From: Eledone cirrhosa
Lineage: Eukaryota
NCBI GenBank assembly: GCA_964016885.1
Contig: OZ024741.1
Location: 71,176,001-71,240,000, forward strand
DNA length: 64,000 nt
Direction of reading: 5' to 3'
Within the stretch, counting starts at the first letter, position 1; each line of letters starts with the position of its first letter. The notes under the pieces are model-generated. The model ran no database searches and had not been told where the DNA came from. It was given only the letters and a program-made list of their open reading frames with translations. Made by a program: the position numbers and the translations under genes. This document shows, in pieces, positions 1 to 14,477 of the stretch.

Positions 1-1798
<1,798 letters not shown>

Positions 1799-2403
1799 TG
1801 ATGGCTGCCAACTCGTTTTCGAGTACGGCCACTACTTTATATCCATGTAAGAGAACTCCTACCGATGCGCTGAACGAGTGTGACTTTTTAATCCAGCCAG
1901 TTGAAAACTCTGGTACAAACACTACACTTGTGACAATTATTGACACATAGTGCTGGGCCCGTGGTACCATGTGACGACATGTGCAGAGAGATCTCCAGAT
2001 ATAAAGCAATGCCTGTGCCGTGAAGCTTTTATAGTGAGTAAAGGCACTGCACAAAGCCAGTCCCACTCTCTTAACCAAGATGATATTTACCAAAAAGAAG
2101 AACAAGTCAACATCATTGGATACCATCAGGGTTGCAGGTGTTATATCAGAGTTTTCCTTCTCCTAGAATTCTGCCTTGACAAAGGCTAAGGGGTCATCTC
2201 TCCCGGTGATTTGGGATGGCCATTGACTCTTAAGAGCTCCTTTGCCCTTTGACAGGTTTTGTTTTTAGTCCCGCAGGATGTCCAAAGTCACCCTCCTCAC
2301 CAAGAAACCTTGGTGGGATTGCCAGTTTAGTCGCCAACGACCCGACCATGAGACAGGTTGTACTGGGATACATGTTACTAGTAGCACCAACTGGTGACCT
2401 GAC
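1799..2403 (-). mobile_element. Non-autonomous retroposon with an RTE-type 5' region
   Basis: Minus strand contains 'ctaggagaaggaaaactctga', a motif typical of RTE 5' UTRs. A second copy at 38662-39038 has the same left boundary. Both lie in (TA)n. Confidence 0.6.
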
Positions 2404-2750
2404 ATACATATATATATATATATATACATACATACATATATATACATACATACATACACACATATACACACATATACATATACATATATATATATATATA
2501 CACATATATATACATACATACATACACATATATATACATACATACATACACATATACATATACATATACATACATACATACACATACACACATATATATA
2601 TACATATATATATACACATACACATATATATATATACATATACACATACACATATATATATATATACATATACACATACACATACATACACATATATATA
2701 CATATATACACACATATATATACACACATATATATACACACATATACATA

Positions 2751-2782
<32 letters not shown>

Positions 2783-2783
2783 C

Positions 2784-2816
<33 letters not shown>

Positions 2817-3051
2817 TATACATATATATCTATACATATATATACACATATATACACACATATATATACACACATATTTATACATATATATATATATATA
2901 TACATACATATATATATACATATATATATATACATATACACACATATACATATATATATATATATACATACACATACACATACATACACATATATATACA
3001 TATATACACACATATATATACACACATATATACACATACATACATACACAC

Positions 3052-3096
<45 letters not shown>

Positions 3097-3364
3097 CATA
3101 TATATATATATATACACACATATACATACACACATATACATATATATCTATACATATATATACACATATATACACACATATATATACACACATATTTATA
3201 CATATATATATATATATATACATACATATATATATACATATATATATATACACACATATACATATATATATATATATACATACACATACATACACATATA
3301 TATACATATATACACACATATATATACACACATATATACACATACATACATACACACATATACA

Positions 3365-3396
<32 letters not shown>

Positions 3397-3397
3397 C

Positions 3398-3432
<35 letters not shown>

Positions 3433-3600
3433 TATACATATATATCTATACATATATATACACATATATACACACATATATATACACACATATTTATACA
3501 TATATATATATATACATACATATATATATACATATATATATATATACATATACACACATATACATATATATATATATATACATACACATACATATACATA
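2404..3600. repeat. (TA)/(CA)/(TACA) compound microsatellite with ~300-bp higher-order duplication
   Basis: Diagnostic 'tatctatacat' and 'tatttatacat' variants recur three times about 300-320 bp apart. Confidence 0.95.
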
Positions 3601-3877
3601 TCATCATCAACGTTTAACGTCCGTGTTCCACGCCTGCATGGGTTTGGACGGGGGTTTTCCCACTTGAGACAAGAGTGATTGTCTTGCTCGCATAGGACTG
3701 TCTGGCAGCCCCCCCCCCCCCCAGACGGACTCCCCCCCCCCCCCCCCCCCCAAACACCAACCACACCCACAGTGTGGGTCTGGGAGGTTTCCACCGTGTT
3801 GCCTACACAGCCACACTACAGCGTGGCCTGTGTGTTTTTTTGTCGTGACACCTACACGATCTCATTTGTTTCGGCCT
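3601..3877 (-). mobile_element. RTE LINE 3' UTR fragment
   Basis: Reverse complement of the 3' UTR and tail of the 43262-45002 copy (tcatcatcaacgtttaacgtccgtgttccacg...). Confidence 0.9.
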
Positions 3878-4175
3878 GTATATATATATATATATATACA
3901 TACATACATATATATATATATACACATACATACATATATATATATATATATACACATACATACATATATATATATATACACATACATACATACATATATA
4001 TATACACATACATACATACATATATATATACACATACATACATATATATATACACATATACACATACATATATATATATATACACATATACACATACATA
4101 TATATACACATACATATACACATACATATACACATACATACATACATATACACATACACATACATACATACATAT

Positions 4176-4218
<43 letters not shown>

Positions 4219-4220
4219 TT
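3878..4220. repeat. (TA)/(TACA) microsatellite
   Basis: Directly visible. Confidence 0.95.
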
Positions 4221-4221
4221 T

Positions 4222-4420
4222 GTGAAGGCGTGTGGCCGAGTGGTTAGAGAAATGGATTCCTAATCGTGAGTTTGTCAGTTTGATTTGCGGACCGAGCAAG
4301 ACACTTTATTTCACGTTGCTCCTTCTACCTGGAGTTGCGACAGGTAGATAGTACTAGCAATTGGAAAGACCAACAGAAACATTGTTTCCTAGGTCCGATT
4401 TGACGAAAGTCGATCGACTG
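4222..4420 (+). mobile_element. Degenerate tRNA-derived CORE-like SINE
   Basis: A-box-like 'tggccgagtggttag' followed by 'gagcaagacactttatttcacgttgctcc', shared with the other SINE copies. Confidence 0.7.
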
Positions 4421-4887
4421 TCGATATATACATACACATACATATATGTGGAAAATGGACGTTAAACGATTTCCATTTTTGGGAGGGTTCATCATCATCA
4501 TTGTTTAACATCCATTTTCTACGCAAGCATGGGTTAATAAGCTGGGTATGAGAGGTGTACTGACAAATGATAGCATCATAAACACCCAAAGAACAAACAT
4601 AATCACCACCAACATTGCTACTACCATTATTACAACTATCTACCATAACTACTACTAACACCACCACTTTCTTTCAATAAAAGAAAATAATTGGTGGGCG
4701 GATGAAAGAAAAACAAAATAATCAACAAAAAATAGTATACTTCCCACAATGTATTAAAAATGCTTAAATAATTGTTATAATAATTATTTCTAATGAAAAG
4801 CACTAGTTTTTCAAATAATTTTTTAAATAATCAGGAATTTGGATGGATTTAGTAATACAACTAACTTCTCATTATTAACCCTTTAGG

Positions 4888-5078
4888 GGCAGTGGATTGG
4901 CAGTATCGGTAGAGGGTCAGATGCCATGCTTTGACGCATAGAGTTACGGCCTTTGCCATTCTGAGTTCAAATCCCGCCGAGGTTAACTTTGCCTTTCATC
5001 CTTACGGAGTCGATAAAATAAAGTACTAGTAATGCACTGGGTAATTGCTGGCCTTGTGCCAAAAGTAGAAACAATTAT
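4888..5078 (+). mobile_element. tRNA-derived SINE, Meta/MESC-like central domain
   Basis: A-box-like 'tggcagtatcggtag', B-box 'gagttcaaatccc', then 'actttgcctttcatccttacggagtcgataaaataaagtac' and tail 'ggccttgtgccaaaagtagaaacaattatt'. Domain name is from recall. Confidence 0.85.
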
Positions 5079-5081
5079 TAA

Positions 5082-5301
5082 CCCTTTAGCATTTACATTA
5101 CTCTATATATACGCTATATATTTTCATGGTAAAGGCTTTACCTTACATAATTATCTCACATAATATCGAAACTGAGATTTTGATAGTATTTATTTTGAGA
5201 ACAATACCATAACATCAGTATGAGTGGCTGGTTACAGCCACTTTGAACAGAAAGAGGTGAGAGAATTCTGGCCAGATATGGCTGGCTTAAATGCTAATGG
5301 G
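5082..5301. mobile_element. piggyBac-type MITE (~220 bp)
   Basis: TTAA|CCCTTTAGCATTTA ... AAATGCTAATGGG|TTAA termini; multiple copies in the window. Confidence 0.85.
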
Positions 5302-5914
5302 TTAAACATAACTTAATAAAGGTTATAACATAAAATTTTGAAGAAAGATTTTTAGATAAATATAATCAATTTCCTCCTTTCATTTTACTATATTTCTAAT
5401 GAAAGACAATGCCTGTGATTTTGAAATTATTTTGGAAAAATATCAAAAATTTTAAAAGATTTATTAATATAACTTTCTCATTAAGCTGGTGCTTGGAGCA
5501 TAAATTAAAGATACTTAGATAAAAAGTATGGTGGAAGTGTTTGAGATAAATATATAATACAGTTTAAAACAAACCAGCTTTGTATCGTAGAACCAAGGGT
5601 CATTTTGGACAGTTTGATATAATAATTATAACAGTAGTATAGTGTTTTGATTGAAGATAGTGAAAATAGTCTAACTGTGTATTCTAGTTTCATATATTAG
5701 TTAGTCCACTAATCAGCTTGTTACCTTTTTATTAACGTTGCAAAAACATCTGGTTGTAAGAAATTAGTACGATCTCAAATCTGAATTGGTTTAACAAAAA
5801 AAAAAAAAAAAAAAAAATCAATAGCTGGCTCAAACCTTTTTACACCTAAAATCCACCTAAAATCATACCTGGTTCTGTCATATTGGTACCCATGTGGAAA
5901 ATAAAGAAATTACG

Positions 5915-6490
5915 GGGTCGATAAAATAAAGTACCAGTCATGTACTGGAGTCGAATTAATCGACTTTCCCTGCCCCCAAAATTGCTGGCCTTGTGCCTAT
6001 AATAGAAATTATCATCATTATTATTATTATTATGAGTGGCAAATTAGCAAAGTCATTAGGGCTTCAGATTAAAAAATGCCCCAATATTCATTCCAGTTAA
6101 TGACACTCTTCTGTTCAAATCCCACCAATGTCAAATTTGCCTTTCATCCTTTCAAGATCAATAAATAAAGTACCAATTTAGTATTGGAGTTGGTTCTTTT
6201 TCTTTCTTTCTCTAGAAGAAATCAGCTGTGTTCTGAGCTGGAGAGGAATGGGCTTCAGCAGGTTTAAAATGTCCAAAACATCTGTGTCCATTAAGAGTTA
6301 AGGGCCCTTTATTATTATCATTAGGGTTGGACGCAATGCTTTCTAGCATAGTTCCATCCCTTTACGGTCAGAGTTCAAATCCCGTCGAGGTTAACTTTGC
6401 CTTTCATCCTTACGGAGTCGATAAAATAAAGTACCAGTAATCCACTGGGATAATTGTTGGCCTTGTGCCAAAAGTAGAAACAATTATTAT
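5915..6490 (+). mobile_element. Cluster of three partial Meta/MESC-like SINE copies
   Basis: 'gtcgataaaataaagtaccag' / 'tttgcctttcatcc' motifs at ~5918, ~6135 and ~6395. Confidence 0.8.
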
Positions 6491-6710
6491 TCCTCAATGA
6501 AGTAAATTATAAAAATCTCAATGATAACCATTACCAATTTTCAAAGTAAAAATAGCATCTATTGAAAAGCTAATATCAGCTTCTGCTGTCAGACTTCAAA
6601 GGATAACAATGAAGTTTAACTATTTTATAGTCCATAGTGGAATCTTTTATGGAAAAACTGATTGAAAGAACCAAATGACCAGAAAACTATAAAACCACAT
6701 TTCCCATTAA

Positions 6711-6927
6711 CCCTTTCATTACTATATATATCTATGACATGTAAATTGATTTTGAAACTAATAAAAATATTTGAAGGAATTTAACATTTACATGATCATG
6801 TTCGTGCTTGGAATATAACAAACAATTCTTATATCAAATTATGATGGAATATGTTAGTATAAGAAAGAATAGATTAAAATGGGCAATTTTCTATCATAAA
6901 GCTTCAGATAGGTTGGTATCAAAAGGG
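6711..6927. mobile_element. Older piggyBac-type MITE (second family)
   Basis: TTAA|CCCTTTCATTAC ... GGTATCAAAAGGG|TTAA; relatives at ~20844-21406, ~30730-31530 and ~59821-60728. Confidence 0.7.
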
Positions 6928-7064
6928 TTAAAACAATTCACAAAATTATCATAGAAATAAAACTATGTGGAATCTTTTGGTAAATAAAATTCCTAGTTTA
7001 TTATATGTGTATGGATAGTGTAAAAAACTTTGTATAGTCTTAACTATTAATTATTGCATTAGCA

Positions 7065-7300
7065 ATTTGGTGGTAAATTGGAGTCAGAGTGTAGGACAAA
7101 ACGAATTGCAATGTTTTCTTGGGGTTTCTGTAACCCAAGTTCAAATTCTACTTAGGCCAACTTTACTTTTCATCCTTTCAGAGTTGATAAAATAAAGTAC
7201 CAGATAAAAGTGATATATTGGCAGAATAGTTTGAGCATCAGACAATATGTCTTGTGGTATTTTCTCCCACTCTTTAAATTCTGAGTTCAAATCTTGCTGT
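7065..7300 (+). mobile_element. Degenerate Meta/MESC-like SINE copies
   Basis: 'actttacttttcatcctttcagagttgataaaataaagtaccag' plus a second B-box-like head. Confidence 0.65.
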
Positions 7301-7349
7301 AGCCTACTTGGATGATAAACTTAATATGTCATCCATTTAACCCTTTTGA

Positions 7350-8597
7350 TACGAAGCCACCTATGTGCAGATGACCTAGTTCTTATAGCTGAATCTGGTG
7401 TGGAACTGGAGAAAAAATTCTACTTTTGGAAGCAAAATCTGGAATCAACCTAGCCAAGATTAAAGCTCTAGTAAGTAGAAAAGGTGAAAGGTCCCTGATA
7501 TCAGGAAGATGGCCATGCTCAATATGCAAAAAAACGAGCTGATAGAAATTCTAAATAGGGTACAAAATGTAAATTTGGGGTACACAAGAAATGTAGCAGG
7601 ATCTCAGGTAAGTTAACAAAGAATGTAGACTATATATGTGGCAGGTGCACAGAAGCAGTAAATAGCAAGCACTTGCATGAAACAGGTTCTTTAAAAGTGG
7701 TAGACAGCTTCCGTTACCTAGATGATTTAATAAATAGCAGGTGTAAGTGTTCTGAAAGTACACCCACTCACCAAAGCCAGAATTAGGTGGAAAAAATTCA
7801 GGGAACTACTACTTCTGCTGGCTACAAAGAGCTTCTTTCTCAGGACAAAAGCAGATTGTATGACACCTGTGTGAAAAATGCAATGTTGTATGGATATTAG
7901 ACTTGGACCTTGAAAGCAGAGTATTAGCAAAGTATCTTTCAATGAATGCATAATGTCAGGAAACATGAAAGATGAATCATCAACAGAGAAAAGCTGAGCA
8001 CAAGAGAGATTAGACATAGTGTACTAGAGAGAAGACTGTGTTGGTATAGACACATGATGCATACAAAGAACAGCTGCATAAAAAAGTATTGGGTGCTCAA
8101 AGTTGATGGAAACTGTGGGAAAAGTAAACTCAGGAAAACTTGAAATAATGTGGTAAAGGCTGACATCACATATCTGAACCTCATGAAGACACAGGATTGG
8201 GTCATCTGGAGACATGCTGTACTACAGAGGTATATGAGTGGGTTAAAATGCAAGCAAAAATGATGTACATAGATCCAACCTTCTGACCTCCTTCCTCAGC
8301 ATACACCCCCTCCATACCACCACCACCTCACACACACACACACACACTTTCTAAATGCCCCTCCATCCACATTCACTCGTCACTTCCCTCTTCTAACTCA
8401 TGCTAGCAAAGAAAGAAGAGCCTCCCAGTTCATAATGTAAAATGGTTGGAGTTAGGAAGGGCATCCAGCTGTAAAAACCATGCTGAAAATACAATGTTTA
8501 AGCAAGACATGCTTATCTAACTATTCTAGCTTCAGAACAAGACAACCTGTCTAACCCAATGAAAGCCATGGAAAATAGATGTTAAACAGTGATGATG
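7350..8597 (+). mobile_element. Old, decayed 5'-truncated RTE LINE
   Basis: Collinear with 43545-45000 (ADDL region 'gcagatgacctagttcttatagc', FRYL, ERRL), with many stops and frameshifts; tail 'gttaaacagtgatgatgat'. Confidence 0.85.
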
Positions 8598-9004
8598 ATA
8601 TATATATATAGATGTGTGTGTGGGTGTGTATGTGTGTGTATTCATATATATATATATATGTGTGTGTGTACACACATGTACATGAATATACACATACACA
8701 CATATAGATGATAATGAAACAATAGATAAAGAATAATAAAATATAAAAAGTTAAAATAAAATAATACAATAATAAAATAGTAAATGTAAATTAAGACAGC
8801 TAAATACCTATTATCCACTGTTAGTTGTGATAAACTTTAAAACATTGCAGAAATTAAGTTGAAGACCAGAAACCAATGTTGCCACACATTCTCTTGTTTA
8901 ATACCAAAAATACTTATTTCTTAGATTACATAATTTGCTTAAAATAACCAACTTCTATAGCAACCTTGCCGCCAACACCACTGTCATCGAAACCATTGGC
9001 TACA

Positions 9005-9358
9005 TTTGGTGGTGGTGGTGGTGGTGGTGGTGGTGGTGGTGGTTACAAAAGTGGCAGTAGTAGTTGTGGTGATGGTGGCAGTGGTGGTGGTTGTTGCGGT
9101 GGTAGTGGTGGTGGTGGTGATAGTAGTGGCACAATTGATGGTTATGATGGTGGGGATTATGGTGAAAAATAAGGTATTGGTGATGGTAGTGGTGGTAGTT
9201 GTAGTGTTGGTGATGGTGGTGGTGGCAGTGGTGGTGGTGGCAGTGGTGGTGGTGGTGATGGTGGTGGCAGCAGTGGCAGTGGTGGTGGTGTTTGTGGTGA
9301 TGATGGTGGTGGTGGTGGTGGTGGTTGTGGCAGTGTTTGTGGGGGAAGCAGGTGGCAG
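9005..9358. repeat. (GGT)n/(GAT)/(GCA) trinucleotide repeat
   Basis: Directly visible; source of the poly-V and poly-G ORFs. Confidence 0.95.
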
Positions 9359-10052
9359 TATTAGTCTCAGAGAGAAATCATCTTAATAAAACGACAGAAT
9401 GCTATCTTGTATAACCACCCCAAAAACAACGACCACCACCACTTCCACCACAACTCATGGCCCAGAATGTTCTATAACCATTAGATAGAATGGAATTGTA
9501 TTCACTTTATCTCAACTGCTATAATTATCTTTTTGTGTAAATAAAAGTGTGAATCTTTCTCCAGAAAGAATCTTCACAAATTTGCTCTCAAGCCAAAGAA
9601 AAAGAAAGGAAAGAAAAAAATATACTGAATCTTGTAAAACAAAAAGATTATTTTGATAATATATCTTGTCCCATAATCTTAACATAAACCTTACCCCTTT
9701 CCAACCTCACCTACATTTTCTATATTGAACCTCACTCTTCAGAATAACCTCACCTGTCTCTCTGCATCTCACCATGCCCCCACCACCACACCCACACACA
9801 CTAAATATACGTTCTGAACACCTTCACCCTGCTCAATTATTACCCCACCTGTTACAAACCTACATACAGTCACTGAGCCTGCTACCCATTGCAGCCAAAT
9901 CTCCTTCATATTACACCCTGCTGTTTTGAGGGTGCAGCAGGTATGAAGGACTCATTGGATATACTACATTGGAATAAAGGATGATATGTAGACTTCAACT
10001 ATTAACCACTCAGGTACTAACTTAAATGAGGAATTGGTTAATTACCTAACTA

Positions 10053-10440
10053 ATAATTGTTTCTACTTTTGGCACAAGGCCAGCAATTACCCAATGTATT
10101 ACTGGTACTTTATTTTATCGACCCCGTAAGGATGAAAGGCAAAGTTAACCTCGGCGGGATTTGAACTCAGAATGGCAAGGGCCGTAACTCTATACGTCAA
10201 AGCATGGCATCCGACCCTCTACCGATATTGCCAATCAAACTGCCCTAATTACCTAACTATTAATGATTTCTATTTTAGGCAGAAGACCAACAATTTTGTG
10301 GAAAGGGGAAATTCGATTATATTGACCTCAGTACTTGACCAGTAGTTTATTTTATCGACCCTGGGCCAATGAAAGGAAAAATTGACCTCAGTGGAATTTG
10401 AATTCAAAAGAAAGAGCCAGAAGAAATGCTGTTACAATTC
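10053..10440 (-). mobile_element. Two Meta/MESC-like SINE copies (young 10053-10240, older 10262-10440)
   Basis: Reverse complement of the 4888-5078 family. Confidence 0.85.
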
Positions 10441-11052
10441 TACCAATCCACTACCCTGTTACTAAACTCAATAAAACCAAAATGAAATTCAACAGGTATG
10501 CGTGTGTCTTTTTACTGGCATCATATAACAATATAAACATTGTTTCTGATAGAATAAATTCATACAGAATTACCCTAATTCTTATTCAACAAGATGGCCA
10601 CCAATCCAGTACATTATTTCCCAGGCAATGACAGGTAGCTATCTAGTAAAAATTAAAATTCTATGAATAATCATAAAAAGTTTTAAGATAACATATTTTC
10701 CAGACCTGATCTTTAAGAAGCTAGTTTCAATCCAGTCTTTGACCATATATATACTTCCTAATGTTAATCAGAGATCAAATCGTAAAGACGAAAGAAAGAC
10801 AAACTTGAACTCAATAGGAGTGAACCAAAATAAATACTACATGGGCAGCAATTGTTTTAAATTTTACATTATATCTTAACACTAATCATGATTTTATATT
10901 GAAGGCAAGGAAAGCATCTAATTTTTTGAGTTGTCATAGTGGAGCACAAGCATGGAACTTTGTTTACTTTTTTAATGTCCTGAACCACATGAAATAGCAT
11001 CAGTAAGCAAAGGTGGATTAACCATTAAGCAAAATAAGCAAAATACGCTTAA

Positions 11053-11251
11053 CCCTTTAGCATTTAGATTACTCTATATTTACTATTGTATTTTCACAGT
11101 AAACACTTTATCTCACATAATATCAAATCTATGAGATTTTAATATTATTTATTTTGAGAACAATACTTTAACATAAGTATGAGCTGCTGGCTATGGCCGG
11201 TTTGAACAGAAAAAGGTGAGAGAATTCTGACCACATACAGCCGGTTTAGGG
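11053..11251. mobile_element. piggyBac-type MITE
   Basis: TTAA-flanked and homologous to 5082-5301; right TIR partly deleted. Confidence 0.85.
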
Positions 11252-12571
11252 TTAAGGTAGCAAAGGAAAAGGGGCACCATTTTATTCAAATTTATATTTG
11301 TTATTTCAGCAAAAGATTTTTTGGCTGACTTTATATATGGGATGGCCTCATAATCTTTTAAGTGATTAATGCTTCAGACACTATAAACATTTGAATTAAC
11401 AAACCCACTTATTGACAATTTGTGCTAAATAATGACAAGATTCACTCTTAATGTCCTGTACCACATGAAATCACATTAGGACATTCTTGAAAAGTACAAT
11501 AACTGCATCACATTAAAAAGAGTGAAGATTCTATGAGTAAAGATTCTATAAACATATGAATTAACAGCTACAGGTTTCGACATGTTATGCTAAATCATTA
11601 CAGGATGTATTATGGGACACTTTTCAATCCTGACTGGAATCTCTCTTATACCATAGAATAACTGAAGCTTTATGCTTTGTTGTGTTGGTAGTACATGTCA
11701 GTATTGTGTTTAGCAAAAACAAGAAAATTACGTATTACGCACTATTAACTCCCATATTTCAACAATGGCTACTCTTATTTTTATTTTTGTAATATTTCTT
11801 ATATAAACTACTTAAAATGTCAAATAAATGGCTGCATAGATTGATACCTATCACAATAAAACCACACACCTACATACATCCACACATACATAATAACAGA
11901 AAGGCATACACACCTACACACACTCATGCACATATATATATACCTACACACATACCCCCCCCCCCACTTACACACACACACGCACTCATGCACACACATT
12001 CCTACAAACATACATGTTCACCACACACACACACAAACAAACCCACAAACACACATTTAAAGAAAATATATCATTTCCATTCCATCCCTCTATAATGGGA
12101 AATGTTTTCAAATAAGAATTCCAAAAAAGTAATTTAAACCAAAATAAGGTTATTTATAAACAAAGAAAAAAATAGATATTTTACAAGAAAAAACAAAACA
12201 ATAAAACAAAGTGTTTATGTTATCAATGAAAAAAAAAAAATATAAATCAACCAAATATATTTGTTGCTTTTTATGAATAAGAAGCTTTTAGAAATATATA
12301 TATATGTGTGTGTGCATATATATATATATATATATAAAAGAAAAAGAAAAGAATTATTTGATAAAAGAAAACGATGACCAAAGTTTTTTGATATTTAATG
12401 TCTGCAGAAAACTGAAATAGTTTTTTTCCACCACCATATTATTTTCTCCATGTTTTTATTTAAAAAACACTTTTCTATATAAAGAATATTTTTATTTGAT
12501 TTTTTCTTCATCTTTTAATGATGTACATGAATGAATATACATATATATGTATATATATATATGTATGTATG

Positions 12572-12609
<38 letters not shown>

Positions 12610-12653
12610 CATTAGTTTTGCAAGGTTTTTGATATGAAATTGTGTCAAAACAA

Positions 12654-12844
12654 ATATTGTTATACTTGGGGAGGGTCATATTTGTCTGATAATATGGCCA
12701 GAATTAATAATAGAATACACCAAGTAAATTAAATTAACTGATATAAAAGATACAGAATCAAAAACTAACCAAACAGTGAGTGTGTTCTATGATTAATTCT
12801 GGCAATTATTCCACAAATATGACCCTCCCCAAGTATAACAATAT
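12654..12844. repeat. Foldback element with ~65-bp inverted arms (outer 32 bp perfect)
   Basis: atattgttatacttggggagggtcatatttgt ... acaaatatgaccctccccaagtataacaatat. Confidence 0.85.
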
Positions 12845-12855
12845 ATATATATATA

Positions 12856-12896
<41 letters not shown>

Positions 12897-12901
12897 ATAT
12901 A

Positions 12902-12946
<45 letters not shown>

Positions 12947-12957
12947 ATATATATATA

Positions 12958-12988
<31 letters not shown>

Positions 12989-13001
12989 GTATGTGTATAT
13001 A

Positions 13002-13036
<35 letters not shown>

Positions 13037-13169
13037 GTGTATATATATATATATGTGTGTATATATATATATGTGTATATATATATATATATATGTGTAT
13101 ATATATATATATATGTGTGTATATATATATATGTGTGTATATATATATATATATATGTGTGTATATATA

Positions 13170-13220
<51 letters not shown>

Positions 13221-13400
13221 ATATGTATATGTGTGTGTGTGTATATATATATATATATGTGTATATATATATATGTGTGTGTGTATATATATATGTATGT
13301 ATATATATATATGTGTGTATATATATATATATGTTTGTATATATATATATATATATATATATGTGTATATATATATATATATATGTGTGTATATATATAT
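12845..13400. repeat. (TA)/(TG) microsatellite
   Basis: Directly visible. Confidence 0.95.
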
Positions 13401-14477
13401 CATCATCATCACCGTTTTGCGTCCGTTCTTTAGACGGGTTGTCCTGTTGTGGGCAGTGTCTGGTCGGCTGACCATGCCTTGCTCATACAGGAACTGATTT
13501 GGCTTGATTTCTACAGCTGGATGCCCTTCCTAACACCAACCTCATTTACAGTGAGTCTATATGCTTCAGTTTGTACCCATGGGAGGTCGGGTACTCTGTA
13601 TTACTGTGTGACGCCAGAGGTCACGGTCATGTGTCATCGCCTTTGAGAGGTGTAATTGGGTAAGGTCGGCTTTTATCACCTCATCCCAGGTCATCTTGGG
13701 TCTCCCCACTCCGCGGTTTCCATCGACGTCTAGTGCTCTGCACCTTTTTATGCAGCTGTCATCCTTCATACGCATCACATGTCCATACCAACGCAACCGC
13801 CTCTCCTGCACACAGCATTTGATTCCTCTTATGCTCAGTCTCTCTCTCAATTCATTTATGCTTTGTCGTTTGCGTATATTACTGTTACACATCCATCGGA
13901 GCATGCAGGCTTCGTTTCTCTCTAATCTACGTAAGTCTTCCACCTTCAGCGCCCAGGTCTCACTACCATGCAACATCGCTGTTCGGACACACGCATCATA
14001 CAGTCTGCCTTTCATTTTGAGGGAGAAGCCTTTTGCAACTAGCAGTGGTAGTAGTTCCCTAAACTTCTTCCATCCCGTTCTTACCCTAGTTATTGTACTT
14101 CTGAACACCCACCTCCGCTGCTAATTCGGTCACCTAGGTAGCAGAAGCTGTCTACTGTTTCTACAGAGCCCTCCCAGAGACTGGTGGTACTTATTTCCTG
14201 TGGCTGTTTGCTGCTTGCTGTCCCAGCACAGCTGCTGCATGTGAAGACTACATTCTTAATTAAGCTTCCTGAGATCCCGCTACATCTCTTGTGTACCCAT
14301 TGTGTACCTTTCCTACATACTGAGCAAGGCCATTTCCCTGAGGGGATCTGGGTTCTGTTTTCTCGTCTACTTACAAGGACCTTAGTCTTTGTCATGTTGA
14401 CTTTGAGACCCTTTCTTTCTAGTCCCTGCTTCCAAGTTTGGAATTTATTCTCTAGTTCTACCATAGATTCAGCTAAC
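13401..14477 (-). mobile_element. 5'-truncated RTE LINE, subfamily A (RT C-terminal half, frameshifted)
   Basis: ORFs 14090-14464 and 13566-14108 ([42 protein letters not shown]); short 3' UTR with CAT tail at 13401. Confidence 0.93.

Noticed and set aside
8966-9386. Gly-rich and Val-rich ORFs
   Set aside because: Product of a (GGT)n repeat; no ATG start or splice context
11566-11655. Two hammerhead-like relics on minus (tatgg-TATAAGA..GAAA..GTC-ccata and ctgtaatga..gaaacctgta)
   Set aside because: CUGANGA core has several mismatches or insertions; at best dead relics
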